A stretch of DNA of 64,000 bases from Balanoglossus misakiensis (Eukaryota; Animalia; Hemichordata): contig CM082588.2 of assembly GCA_040954595.2 (NCBI GenBank), forward strand, positions 9,532,844-9,596,843, given 5' to 3'. Shown here piece after piece: positions 34,301 through 46,875 of this stretch. Position numbers and translations under genes: made by a program. The notes beneath the pieces are model-generated. The model ran no database searches, was not told the origin of the DNA, and saw only the letters and a program-made list of their open reading frames with translations. Positions within the stretch are counted from its first letter, which is position 1; every line of letters starts with the position of its first letter.

Positions 34301-34755
34301 CGCAGCGGTGCGAAGAAGAGTTCCCTACCCCGCAACGGTCTGACCGTTCTTTATTCACTCCTCGGGGACAAAAACGTTTTATTACGGCCTAAATAACGAC
34401 GTTTTCGCTCCTTGGTTGGTCATGCGGACGGAAAGACACGGTTTTAGCTAGTTTATCTTTCTCTCTGCTGAGCACTCCGTATTCAGACATGCCCAAGTGA
34501 ACCGCGACAAAAAATGACCAAGTTTCCCTGCATGTTTCTTATACCCGACAGATAAAACACGCAGCGTAGATATTGAAATGAATTGGATTTATGAAAATGA
34601 TAAAAATTACAATGGTAATGTCGTTAAAAGTTCTCAAAAAAAAAAATAGAAAAAAAAATGGTCTCGAACCAACATCAGTTGACACCTTCAGGTAAAAGGT
34701 TAGCCTTCCTGAACCCTTCGCCATCACGATGTGTACTCGAAAAGTCGGAAATTTC
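31358..34755. repeat. Tandem satellite, ~530-bp unit, ~5.2 copies
   Basis: The anchor GTGGTC..GAAC recurs at 31386, 31917, 32451, 32980, 34131 and ~34658. The fourth unit is interrupted by an insertion. Confidence 0.95.
33410..34026 (+). mobile_element. Non-autonomous Helentron/HINE-like element inserted in satellite
   Basis: Inserted in an A-run with no TSD. Subterminal GGTCCCATTG is complementary to the terminal hairpin AGGTCCCAT-GGTACATACC-AATGGGACCT. (CA)n and (CATA/CATC)n microsatellites are present. The same two ends occur inverted at 58125 and 61181. Confidence 0.7.
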
Positions 34756-34879
34756 ACCTCTGTCGATTACACCATTAATAAAAACGCCTGGATAATATTG
34801 CTCTCTGTGAAGTATTTAACAAAAGCAGGAAAAACAAATCCTGAGTTAATTATGTTTCTGTTGTTTTTACTAAATAATG

Positions 34880-35105
34880 AAAATAATAATAATTATTATT
34901 TCTTATATAGCGCATTACATAATGGACTAAAATCTCAATGCGCTTTACTACATGATGAAAAGTACACTAAAAATACAAGCTAAAAAATTCGACATAAAAA
35001 CGCTAAAAAGGTATATAAAAGTTGTAAAAAGTGTAAAAGAATTAGTGTATAAATGCTTTCATAAAAAGATGGGTTTTAAGTATAAGTGGTCTTAATTCTA
35101 AGTTT
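34880..35105 (-). mobile_element. 3' tail of an L2-type LINE/SINE
   Basis: The minus strand reads GTAAAGCGCATTGAG…GCGCTATATAAGAAATAATAATTATTATTATT, a typical L2 3' stem-loop plus microsatellite tail. Confidence 0.6.
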
Positions 35106-35627
35106 AAAATTGCTCAGCTAGAAAATCCACAATAAGCATTTTCATTTTAATATAATTCAGTTCCCGATAATGATGAACATTTCCTATATACACATCGTTT
35201 GAAGACTCCAGAGCTGTCAAATTTCTCCCATTTTTTTCCACAATAAAATACTTAAAATATCATTTAAAATCCCCAGCATTAAGTCATATAACTTGTATTT
35301 GCATCAGTTTGTCTTCTATTGGAGACACTTACCACGTTAGCTGCAGTGTACTGTTTGTATGGAGGCTGATGAAATGGGTGCGGCACACATTAAATATAGG
35401 GCGCTCTGTATCTGTCATCCACGGAAGCAGTGTCAGAGTGCTGTGGTAATTTTCATTCGAAATTTACGTTCCAGTATCAATTTTGCTGTCCTGTTCTACT
35501 TAGAACACTGGCTTACCACTCAGACATCAAGCTGGGAACATTTGAAAGCACTTTCGAACTTATCTGAGAGTTCCAGAGAACTTTCTGTTTTCGTCGTCAG
35601 TCTAGACAACAAAGGCTACAGTACAAT

Positions 35628-36830
35628 ATGGCTGTCGGTGGAAATGTAAGTTACGCTAATGTATTGAAATCGGGCCATGGTGTTGAAAGCTTTGATGCGG
35701 AAGAAAAACGAGCCGTTGTCTTCTTGAAACAATCCGATGTTATAGGGACTGATACAAAGCAATGGTTACGCGGTGAAGAAATTCTAACATCTATAGCTGA
35801 AATCGTACCGATTGAGAATATAGAAGGACTACAACGCATCCGTGGGTTGTGGAGAATTTACCCAAAAGATGAAGCGGATAAGTTGATTCTCGTACAACAC
35901 GGGTTGACCCTTCGAGGCAAATCGGTAGATTTATGGGATCGGAATCCGTTCAGACGGGAATTGCACGAAGATTGGACAAAAATCACGGTAAAAGACCTTC
36001 CGTTATCGGTAGACGATAGCGCTTTAATTAGCGCTTTGGTTGGCTTGGGTCTCAAGACCAAAACCAAACCCAGTAGGCAGAGATGGCGGATAGACGGAAA
36101 ACTTACGAGCATTTACAACGGAGACCGTGTTGTTTTTATTGAAAAACCGAAGGAAACACCATCAACATTTATCAAAGTTGGAAGCTTTCATGCTAGACTG
36201 TTTATCTCGCAAAGCAAAGAACAACAAAAACGTTGCAACAATTGTCTGCAAACTGGTCACCTTCAGTTTCAATGCACCAACCCATTGATATGCAGATTAT
36301 GCTCCAAAACCGGTCATCTTGCCAGGGAATGTGTTAATGTGATGATCGATATGTCAGCGGGCAAGATCCAAATACCTGGCAGTGATGAGAGACAACCGTC
36401 AAAGAACCAGATGACAGATAGACCCGTTACCACCAATCCTGTCACAACTCAACACTTGCCATCGAGCATTCCACCGTCATGCGTCACAGAACCATCGGAT
36501 TCAAATGTTGAACCGGTACATGACTACTCAGCACCTTCCGACCAGAGGTACTCGCAGAAACAGATAACGTCTTTCTTCGTTGGGAAAACAGCTCAACCGA
36601 TTGCAGAAGAAATGTCAGAAGAACACAAACAGGACCGAGGGGAAAACAGCAGTGATACAATGGCGCATATCAGCGACAGCGACGACGGGTATTACGTCGA
36701 AGGTGACACCACCCGTGAAAACCCATCGGACCTAACCGTGGAGTCGCCAACAGTCATACCGGCACAAAGAAATGCGGACGATAGAAATAGGAAGATGCGA
36801 AAAAGAAAGAGGACACAGAAGAAAAAATGA
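35628..36830 (+). CDS. Tx1-type ORF1 (gag-like, two CCHC zinc knuckles)
   Basis: Intact 400-aa ORF: SYANV N-terminus, CNNCLQTGHLQFQC and CRLCSKTGHLAREC, and a basic C-terminal KMRKRKRTQKKK. The stop overlaps the ORF2 start (ATGA). Confidence 0.85.
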   Translation: MAVGGNVSYANVLKSGHGVESFDAEEKRAVVFLKQSDVIGTDTKQWLRGEEILTSIAEIVPIENIEGLQRIRGLWRIYPKDEADKLILVQHGLTLRGKSVDLWDRNPFRRELHEDWTKITVKDLPLSVDDSALISALVGLGLKTKTKPSRQRWRIDGKLTSIYNGDRVVFIEKPKETPSTFIKVGSFHARLFISQSKEQQKRCNNCLQTGHLQFQCTNPLICRLCSKTGHLARECVNVMIDMSAGKIQIPGSDERQPSKNQMTDRPVTTNPVTTQHLPSSIPPSCVTEPSDSNVEPVHDYSAPSDQRYSQKQITSFFVGKTAQPIAEEMSEEHKQDRGENSSDTMAHISDSDDGYYVEGDTTRENPSDLTVESPTVIPAQRNADDRNRKMRKRKRTQKKK

Positions 36831-39800
36831 CTGATAAATTAAGTACAGTTACTCTTAATGTAAGGGGTCTACGCGACCCTGCCAAACGCAAGAGTATTTT
36901 CCATTGGTTAAAACGTCAAAAGGCAAGTCTTTGTATTTTACAGGAAGTCCACGGGGAAGGGTTGGATATTTCCCAATGGAAGCGTGAGTGGGGCGGAGAA
37001 ATTGTTCTTTCTATAGGCGCACATAACAGCAGAGGTGTTGCGATTCTGATAGACAAAAATTTCAATTTCCGCATTGATGGTGTGTATAAAGATAACTGTG
37101 GAAGGCTTGTTGTTGTTAATGGCACCCATAATGGTGTCGGCTATTCTGTTTGCGGTGTGTACGCACCGAATGACAGTGTTCAAAGAAGGAGTTTCTTTTT
37201 AAATTTAGTAGATGTTATTAGTGAACGTTGTTTGTATGAGAATTTTATAGTTGCTGGAGATTTCAATTGTGCACATTTCAAAAGTATGGATACCACTTCA
37301 TCTACCGCAAAGGTTGACAAGTCCATTGTCGCGCTCCGTAAACTTCTTCACACTTTTGATTTAGTAGATGTTTGGAGAGAGCGTAACCCATCTTTACGGA
37401 AATTCACTTGGAGGCGTTTGCATCCTACTCCGATTCATAGTAGGTTGGATTATATTTTTATTTCGAAGAACCTGATTAACTCTGTAAACGCTGCAGATAT
37501 AAGACCAGCTTTACTTAGTGATCACATGGCTGTGTACTTTTCAATCATTCTGGCAAAAGATGACAGGGGACCAGGTGTTTGGAAATTTAATAAGCATTTG
37601 CTGACAAAACAGGATTATGTCAAAGGGGTTCAAGATATCATAATGTCCTTTAAAGCCAATGAGGATATCACTGATTGTAGGCTTAAATGGGATTTAACCA
37701 AGAAAAATATCAAAGGGTACACCATGCGTTACGCACAAAATGCCACAAGAGACAGTAAGACCATTATGCCAGAATTGAAAAATCAGTTAAGCATTGCAGA
37801 GCAGAATATGATCGATGACCCCACAGATGCAAATATTGAGATTTATGGGAATATCAAAAATCGCCTGGAAGACCTTTATAAATTAAGCGCCGAGGGAGCT
37901 CAAATTCGGTCGAGGGCCTTGTGGGTTGAAAAAGGAGAGCGAAGTACGAAATATTTTTTAGGTTTGGAAAAATCGAATGCTGTCAAGAAAGAAATGAAAA
38001 GTGTACAGATTAATGATGGCCATTGTGTTTCTGGCACCGAAAAAATACTGGACGCTCAGAAACAGTTCTATGAGAATCTTTATAAGGAGCGGGCGAGAGG
38101 GACCAATTTACATGATTTCTTAGGGGATACTCCTGTGCCATTCTTATCTGAAGATCAGATGAAAGCTTGTGAAGGGGAACTTCAAGATAACGAGTGTTTG
38201 AAAGCCCTAGATAGTATGGCCCCAAACAAATCACCTGGTTCTGACGGGCTCACAGTAGAATTTTATCAGCATTTTTGGAAAGACATCAAGAGTCTTGTTT
38301 TAGCCTCACTGAATGAGGCTCACAGAAGCGGGTCCCTGTGTGTGTCTCAAAGACGTGGTGTCCTCACGCTCTTGCACAAAAAGGGTCCTGGTTAACAACT
38401 GGCGTCCCATCTCACTACTTAACACAGACTACAAGATAGCCACGAAAGCGCTATCCAACCGGTTAAAGGGGGTTCTGCCTGATCTGATCAACAGAGATCA
38501 AACCGGGTACATCAAGGGTCGATTTATTGGGGAAAATGTAAGACTCATTTCCGATATTTTTCACTATTCTAAGAAGCATAACATTCCAGGGGCTGCTATT
38601 TTTGTTGATTATGAAAAAGCCTTTGATAGTGTTAATTGGGAGTATGTAGATGAAGTGCTACAGCACATGAGCTTTGGGGACTCTTTTAGACAATGGGTTA
38701 AGACTTTTTACACAGACGTTGAGAGTTGTATTTTGTATAAAGGCTGGTGTTCCAGCTATTTCAAATTACAAAGAGGTGTTCGGCAAGGCTGTTCACTCTC
38801 TGCACTTTTGTTTGTCCTCGTCATAGAGATACTTGCCTGTAAAATCAGATGTGATAGCACTATACATGGTTTTCGGTTACCTCACCATAATAATAGAGTT
38901 TCTGAAGCCAAAATATCTTTGTTAGCGGACGATACGACGATATTTGTAAGGGATTCTACTTCGATTGATAAGGTACTCAGTGTAATGGAGAAATTTCACA
39001 GCTGCAGTGGTCTAAAATTAAACAATAAGAAAACCAAGGTATTTCTGCTGGGCGGCATGAATCCAGACGGTAGTTGGGTAAACAGTATTTGTGTAACAAC
39101 CCAACCAGTGAAAACTTTGGGTGTGTACTTTGGGTATAATGAAATTGAGTGCAAAAGACTTAACTGGGACGGGAAAATTTCTTTGATGGAAAAATGTTTA
39201 CATTCTTGGAGCCGTAGGCAATTAACTATGTATGGTAGGATTGTCGTAACAAAAGCTTTGGCAATGTCAAAAATTATGTATTTGTCGTCCGTAATTGGCA
39301 TGCCAAATGATATATGTAAAAAGGTGCAGGAGTTGATTGACAACTTTGTAAAACGCAAGAGAATTTTGTCAAACAAGGTGCTTGAAAAAGAGCATCACAA
39401 GGGTGGTGTTAAACATATTAATGTGATGTGTCAGGTGCAAGCATTGCAAGCAATGTGGGTCAAGCGATTGCTTGACTGTTCAGATGCCACATGGGCTGTA
39501 ATACCACATTCATATTTCCAGCTAGATGATACCACCAGCTTATTAAAGCAGTATGTTATTTGGAGTGAGGTTCCAGATCATGTTTAATGTCTTCTACCAC
39601 AGTTCTATGTAAACATTTTAAATGCATGGTATAGCGTAAATCGCAGTTTTACTAGTGTCGGCCATCAAACTGTGTTTGGTTGGTCTAGAAAATTCAGATG
39701 TTTTTATGCAATTTCGCCTGTCAATGATTATGATCCACCACTTCGTAAGCTTACATGTAAGGCATTTTACTGTTCGCTTGTACAGTCATGTACAACATGC

Positions 39801-40364
39801 CCCAAAAATCCACTCGTTAAATGGTCTCAGAAGCTAAACATAGTACATGAAACTATAAGTGACTGCAAAATCTGGGAAAATATTTATGCCGTCACTAAGG
39901 AAACAAAGTTGAGAGAATTTCAGTGGAAACTCTTACATCGTCTACTTCCTTGTAACAAGTATTTATTTTTCTGGAAAAAAGTTGAATTTATGTATTGTAA
40001 GAGCTGTCATCAAATTGACTCTCTTGAACACAGATATTTGTATTGTCAAATTGCTGAGAAATGCTGGAGGAAAATTGGTTTTATTGTAGCCAGCCTCCTC
40101 AATCGTAATACACACTTAACTGTATCCCATATTATTTTCACATGTATTTCAATTGACACCGTTCCCAAAAAGTACCACAATTTTGTAAAACTGCTAATTC
40201 TTCTTGGTAAATGGAGCATACACAAATATTGGGTCACAGAGAGAAAGACACCTATTGAAATAATTCTTAAGAACGAGTTTATGTTAAGACATCATTTTGA
40301 AAAAGAAATTTACAAAAGAGATGACATGTTAATTTTTTTTGATAAGGTCCACAATATTATGTAA
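36827..40364 (+). pseudogene. Tx1-type ORF2 (APE endonuclease + reverse transcriptase), frameshifted
   Basis: TLNVRGL, LQE.H, AGDFN, SRLDY, SDH; KSPGSDG; NWRPISLLNTDYKI; DYEKAFD; RQGC.LS; LADD; C..C…H…C. Frameshift at ~38390, stop at 39585 and a further frameshift at ~39670. Confidence 0.9.
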
Positions 40365-40764
40365 CCAATTTATATTTATACTTGCCTGTAATCTACTTTT
40401 TGTAAAATTTTTGTAATACTTCTATTTGCTGTTCTCTCTTTGGAACGAAATTTCTTATTTTTTTTTACAATAAAAGACAAAAAAAAAATATATAATGTGA
40501 ATAATTTGCAAAATACAGCCATAATTGTGCGTCGATGAGATGTTCATGTTTGCCTTATAGTATGTACCAATCTATTTAAAGTGGGATAATAAAGTAATGA
40601 ACATAATGTAAACAGTGGCAGTTCTTGAGGCTTTTTGGGGAGCACTTTGTCATGATTGACAGTAAAACCAGCCAACAATAAATATTGGAAAGAGTGTATA
40701 GTTACCATGGACGCCCTCTATGTTTTGACGTCACCATTAATTAACTGTAAACAATTTCCATCCT

Positions 40765-40979
40765 GTTTGTTTACATGAGAGTAAAAATCTGGCCGAAAAA
40801 AAAATTAACACCAATTATTCATTTTGGCAAGATTTTTCACTCTGGTGTCTACAAGTGGGATGGAAGTTGTGTGTGGCGAATGTTGATTCACTATATGTCC
40901 ACATGTAGAATAACATAATCCATGTCTTGTATCAAACATAATTAATAGAAAAGGGCAGCGAGAGAGAGACTTTGTCCCT
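40765..40979. mobile_element. Partial copy of AGGGACAAAGTC MITE
   Basis: Ends …GCAGCGAGAGAGAGACTTTGTCCCT|TTAA. Confidence 0.75.
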
Positions 40980-41164
40980 TTAATGTTGTACAGCCGCATG
41001 TCCTGTCCGAGTCAAGAATGTTTGAAAGTACAGGTGCAGGCAAAAATAACGATCAGCTATCAAACATTTCTCCTCAACAGTGTATGGCAGAGACAAAATT
41101 GGACATGTTTTATCATTGGTTAATTTAAATGTACACAGTCGATAATCTTACAACTGAGCTGGAA

Positions 41165-41295
41165 GAGGCGGGGGGGGGGGAAGACTGTAATATGTTTGGA
41201 CCGCCAAGAATACCTAATCAATGTGGACGCACAGATGGCCATTGGTATGATAATGAGTGTGCTGTAAAAAGAAAGCTCAAATTCTATTGGTTGAA
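41165..41295 (+). pseudogene. Isolated C-type lectin domain C-terminal fragment
   Basis: GGGEDCNMFGPPRIPNQCGRTDGHWYDNECAVKRK..FY matches the EDC…G.W.D..C…F pattern of CTLDs. No upstream exons were found. Confidence 0.45.
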
Positions 41296-43636
41296 TATTT
41301 TTAGACTAGAAGCCTGTTGAATGTCAGATAGCAGAGGATCCCTGAATCAGTATAAAATGTGTAGTAGTGTGAAGTGTGTATTAGGGTCATTGACATTGTC
41401 TTGATTCACAATAGTAGAGATCGGTAGGCAGTTTATGTAAATTGTAATGCAAAAGTTATTTATTATACTTGTAATGTGATTTCAGATAGGTATTAAAATA
41501 AAAGTATCATAATGTAATTATAATCCAGTTTTAATAATTCAAGAATTACCGGTTGTTATTTTAGTGCCAAATTTACATACATCAATCTAAGTGCTCAACT
41601 GCTCACCTGCGTCCCAGAAAGAAAATTTGGCAATGTGGCAAGCCATTCCCAACCTGAAGAGGGTTTTATACCAGGGTGGGGAAATATAGTTTCATGTTAT
41701 GTTATTTGAAATTGACCAATATAATTTCCATCACTCCACTATTAAAGCCACCAGATCCAAAAATAGTGTGTTAACACATTTCTTCCCAATCAGTGCGGCG
41801 TACGAACGTGTACAAAGGGTTGAAAATATGACTGGATGATATGACAGGGGGGCTGCAAACATTAAAGTTATAAATGGGGGAGTTCCGATCTGCATTTTCC
41901 CCACCTGTCTTGTTATTTGCTAATCCAAAATAAAAGCTATCACATTTCCAATTAAGCACCTGCAAACAACTTAATCTGTGTGCCCCGTCCACAGATTAAG
42001 ATGATAAAGTAAATTTCGGTTAGCGAGTACTGGGTATAACAAGAGGATCAAAGAGAGATGGATTGTTCTTTTTAACAGATTTGAGCAATGTAAACAAATC
42101 AAATGGTTCTCTGACATTCACGATAAACATGCAGCACTATAGACATTTGTGTTGCAAGATTTGAATGAAATTCATCTCCGCATGTGAAGGAAGGACAGAC
42201 CGAAATTTGTACGCCCCACTGGAACATGGCGATCGGGACAAACAAAACTATTGCAATTACCTCACAACCATCAACTACTGCCTTGGGCGGTATTTCGAAT
42301 TCCGTTCCAGGAAAAACAAAAACAACACATATGCGAAGTTATAAGTGATAGCGAAAGAAAGTATGTACGTTTTTTAAAATAACACTAATCATAATCAAAT
42401 AATTCCGATCATATCCATCCATATTCCAAATATATTCAATCAATTATCACATTTATATGGCATATTGTACAGACAAACACAACACAATACAGCACAGGTA
42501 TTACAGTAAGTCCAAAAAGATATCCTCCAGTAGTTGAATGTACGCATGTGCACATAATAACTACCTAGGTCCATAGTGAATATGTCCTCTATACATTGGA
42601 AACCTACGATAATTAATACACCTGTGTCACATTTGTTCAAAAATAAATGTAGTTACAATTCAATTCCAATACGGTTTAAATGCTGACCTTTTTATTTAGC
42701 TTAATCTTAATTATTAAATGTAATAAATCGACAGTGTTGCGCTTAATGTAAGAGAAACCTAACTAACAATCATAAATAATATTTTGCATTCGATCATTGA
42801 ATCAATAACACGGATAAAGCTCAAAGCCAGAACAGTATTCTGTCATTTTTCAACTTCGGAGCAGGGTCTAGGTTTCTTACAAAACGCGAAATCCCGAGGA
42901 TCAACACAATATGCACAGCCAGATATGCAGCGAAAAAGCCTAGGACTAGAACCATGAAAGTGTTGTCATTGTTACCGAGTTCGTCACCTGTCAAGAAAAA
43001 AAATTGATAGCAAAAAAGCTTAAAGTGCAGAATATGAGGCCTTGGGCTATAGGTGTGGGCAGGATTCATTCGGGTTACTTGTGACGTGGGCAGGATCCAT
43101 TCAGGTTACTTATGAAATACAGTATTATATATTTGCGAGCATAACCATCTATATATTCAATAAAATCACTAGGCAAATATATTTTACCATTGACTGGTAA
43201 ATGGCCAATCAAAAACCACACACACATACACACACACAAACACACACACACACACAACATCAGCAGCACAGCGTGGCCTAGCACAGACAACCATAAATGC
43301 AGCCAGAAGACAAAACCATGAAAGAAAGATGCACGGACCTCTGGCAAAATAAAGAAGTGATATCATGCAGGTGTTTCAAAAATATTAAGGCCGCCCAGTC
43401 TCATTTTATATTATTTGATTGTGTTTTGTTTCTACAATTGTGATTGTGAAGCACAGTGGGCCTATACTTACAGCGGGGCACTTTCGAATAGCCATCGACA
43501 ACACTAATGCTTGGGAAATGTTGGCACAGTGGACCTTTACATGCAGTATGTTGAGAGAAGATGCTGGCGTCGATTGTATCTGTTGATATGGAGACAGAAT
43601 CAGTGTGGTCTCCCTCAACGTCTGGTTCAGTCCCAT

Positions 43637-43681
43637 CAATCAATCAATCAAGCAACAAAGTTTATATAGCGCCAAAATCCC
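43637..43681 (-). mobile_element. 45-bp L2-type 3' tail inserted in lectin exon 5
   Basis: Minus strand GCGCTATATAAAC…(TTGA)n, flanked by a duplicated ATGGG (plus-strand CCCAT at 43632-43636 and 43682-43686). Confidence 0.7.
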
Positions 43682-44796
43682 CCCATGCACTACAGTTGTA
43701 GCCGTTATAGTAGGGTTTTCCTTCAAGATGAAACCAGACACGCTCTCAGTGCCCTTGTAATCAGGGATGTCTGTCAGAACTTCGTTATCTGTCGTTTCGT
43801 ATCGCTGCATTACGGTTAACTCTAACGAGGATTCTGTTTCAGTCATTCTAGTTTCAGATTTAGCATCAGCGCCAGTATCTTCTGTGACATCTGTTGACAT
43901 TTTTGAATAACTGGTGTCAGTAACATCAGAGCTAACATGGTCTGTATACCCAGGTGTATTCGACACTGGTTCACCTGTAATGTAAAACCCACAAGATATA
44001 ACTGGTTTAGGATAAGTGGTATTCAAAGAAGCGTTGGGTCACAAAAGGGCGCCATGTTTACTTCGGCTTGTATTAGTGATTCATTGAAGCATGTTAGGTC
44101 CATATCTGACAAGAAACTGCCACGCTGAATATTGCAATTTCTGGTAACATCATTCATTCAAACTGCAATAAATCGATGGTGCAGATCGGATACACCTCTT
44201 AGTAAAACGGGTTTCCCGTTTATTTTTGGAGGACGTTTACACTTATTTTGTCTGCCGGTAATGTGGATAATGTAACGTTCTCGCGACGAAGGTTTTATTA
44301 GACACGCAAGAGAGAACCAATACAAGAAGTGGCGATGCAGTTCTTTTCTGAGATGGCGACATTTCAGTACTTGCATGTCGCAACCGTTCGTGACTCAAGT
44401 TACATCTATTTAGAGTTCAACATATTAACAAACATGGTACAATTATTACGCCACAACTTTGCAATACAATGAAACTGCACACATTAGAAACCCGACCAAA
44501 ATCCTAAAAGGTCGCCATTCGTCTTTACTTCATACAAAAAGTATTGCTTAACCAATTTGCATGGGAGTCTCTGGTTTACTGTTGAACGATTTGATAAAGT
44601 TTAACATATACACCTACCATATCGACAGACAAATCTTCGATAAAGTAGACAATCATCCAAAATGTACAATTTTGTGGCTCTAAAAAATTACAATAAAAAA
44701 TCGTTACTAATTCTGTTCAATACGATTATCAGGAAAAATCATTAAAACATGTTATCAGCTGAATCTGAATTGTGTCACATTCCTTAGGCTTCATTA

Positions 44797-46875
44797 AAGG
44801 GCGACGAACGCCTTATGCGCATGAGCCAAACTAGAGACTCGGGCAGTATGCTGTTATAACAACAGACAAGATGGCGGAGACTAGTCTGTGTTGGAGATCA
44901 GGAACAGACAACAAATTGGATTAAACGAAGGGACAAATCTAAAGTCTCATATTCGGCGCCCATGCAATAAGAAAGGATGCGGATGCAGCCAACTATTTGA
45001 ATGTGCCAAAGGCAAACTTTGCAGAACATTTGGGTTGGACGTATTGTTTGTACATACGAAAGTACGCACATGCGCATAAGATGATCGTCGGCCTAAGCTA
45101 CACATCCTTACTCAACGTGATGCACATATGTGCTCTACTTATAGATGGAGACAACAGATCACGGACGCGCAGTCACTGTACATTTTCTAGTTAACATAGC
45201 AGTACACCTTATCCAGACGAAACTGTTTACTGTGGATACATTGCGTTAGAGTGTCTAATTGTGATGGTGTTACATTCACCAATATTCTGCTAGAGAAACA
45301 TGGTTTGGTGAAGACAAATAAATAATTACAAATCCGCTCGAATACATGTTCTCCAAGGGCTACCGTATGGCTGGTGGTCCGCCCATGGTAAGTAAGTCAG
45401 TGGTGTCCCATCATAGTGCGTCCATTTATCCTCTGTATGCAAATGCATACCATCTATCCACAATACTCTTTACAGAAAACCTTTATTGACGTAAAAAATA
45501 GAATTGATGTCAGGCCGGACAACTATGACTTCTTGCTTGTGATAGGTTTAGTTTATAGTGGATGCAACAAAAAGTGGAATGGATAACCGTTTTTTTTTAG
45601 TAAAGCATGTTGCTTTTTACCTGTTTTCAAATTCCGTTTTCCTGAATTTCAAAATTAAATCCGCAACGAGTAAAAATTCGTTTGCGTTCTCGGGAAAGTT
45701 CACGTATACGGGCGCTCCGAAGGTTGCAATACATAAACAAACTCGCCCTCGATCGACCTTCCGTACCACGTAGACATCATGACAGTGACACTTGCGGCAT
45801 AATTTTTTTACGTATAGCTTCGTTGACATGACTGCTTGGTACATGGTACACGGTATGTATGGTGAACGAATGTCAAATCCAGCATCATCATCGAGAGGTT
45901 TGCTTTACGTGCGTGAGCGAGCCATGTTGACTGCGCGTGATTCAAGAGCAGACGACATGTACCGACGCAGTAGGAAGAAAAAAATAAACAAATCGCCGTT
46001 CGAGGTCGGGTTTGGAAATTAATAAATATCGCCGTATTTATTCTGTTTATGTTTGCATTTCTTTTTTTACCCCTTAAAATGTTCGCATTGTTCGAAATCC
46101 TCCGTTATTCAGTCGGAAATTGTACACGTCCACTGGTTCTTGGGCGCGTCGCGCGTCCATCGAATAACACGATACATTATAAGTAATAATGTATAGCTAT
46201 GACGTCTCAAAATTCACTGGTATTGATAAAGCTATATTACATATATTACATATGGCCTGCCGTTTACGTTTACACCCCGTTTCTTCATCTGACACTTGCA
46301 GTATCCTGTTTGCGACATACTGATGCCGACATCTGTGAAAGTCGCAGTCGTTGTGCTAGGTTACTTGCTGATATTTAGGACAGGTTTTTCAGGTTGTGTT
46401 GTAGGAATCTTTTCAATTATCTTGTTATGTCGTTATACAATGTATGTTCCTCTGGCATGGCGATGTATACATTTCTGGGTGCCACTAGTTGTATGACTAG
46501 TAAACAACATTGTCCAATGAAAGATGGGAGTGTGGTGTAACTAGCCTATAAAAAATTGTGATATCATCGTAGTGTGACCTGTCCACGAAACAACCAATAT
46601 CGTTGCCTGATCTCGTTTCTTTAATTTTCGGATGGTGTTCTTATGGTGTTTTCGATGTTTTCGTCTAAAATGGGAGTATCATATGTAATAATAACAGAAC
46701 CCGATGGCGAGATCGTGCTGCAACAGAATACACCACCAGCACTCGTTCAAATACCGCGCTTGATCCATCTGGTCGTGGGGTTCTGTCATATTAGCCGTTC
46801 TACATCAAAGGCCTCGCCAATAGAGATCTCGTTGCAAATATAAATCGCACAACACGCAGGTCAGGTCAGACCCCT
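44797..46875. mobile_element. Possible old Kolobok-like insertion filling lectin intron 3
   Basis: TTAA|AGGG… and …CCCCT|TTAA ends, a CpG-richer interior and an AAGATGGCGG motif. The TIR match beyond 4-5 bp is poor. Confidence 0.35.

Larger units (their letters stand above)
35399..40485 (+). mobile_element. Full-length Tx1/L1-clade non-LTR retrotransposon (~5.1 kb), ORF2 disrupted
   Basis: ORF1 plus ORF2 (EN-RT-Cys), with AATAAA and polyA at 40469-40488. Candidate TSD AAATATA at 35392-35398 and 40486-40492. Confidence 0.9.

Noticed and set aside
31520-34340. Palindromic GCACCGCAGCGGTGC repeats at ~30-bp spacing resembling a CRISPR array
   Set aside because: The 'spacers' are short and near-identical, the motif is part of a 530-bp tandem unit, there are no cas genes, and the context is eukaryotic.
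31353-34983. Many recurring 60-98 aa ORFs (e.g. MNKERSDRCG…, MCTRKSRK…)
   Set aside because: They are by-products of the satellite unit. Frames are not preserved between copies and no domains are recognisable.
43075-43366. Hydrophobic ORFs as an extra TM exon of the lectin gene
   Set aside because: Splicing in phase 1 gives an immediate TAG, and part of the hydrophobicity comes from a (TG)n microsatellite. Exon 42987-42821 fits better.
45617-45844. ORF MSTKLYVKKLCRKC…RGRVCLC superficially like ribosomal protein bL36
   Set aside because: It has insertions relative to bL36 and lacks the C-terminal H-K-Q-R-Q motif. It lies in a probable TE inside an intron, so it is more likely a TE exon or a chance match.
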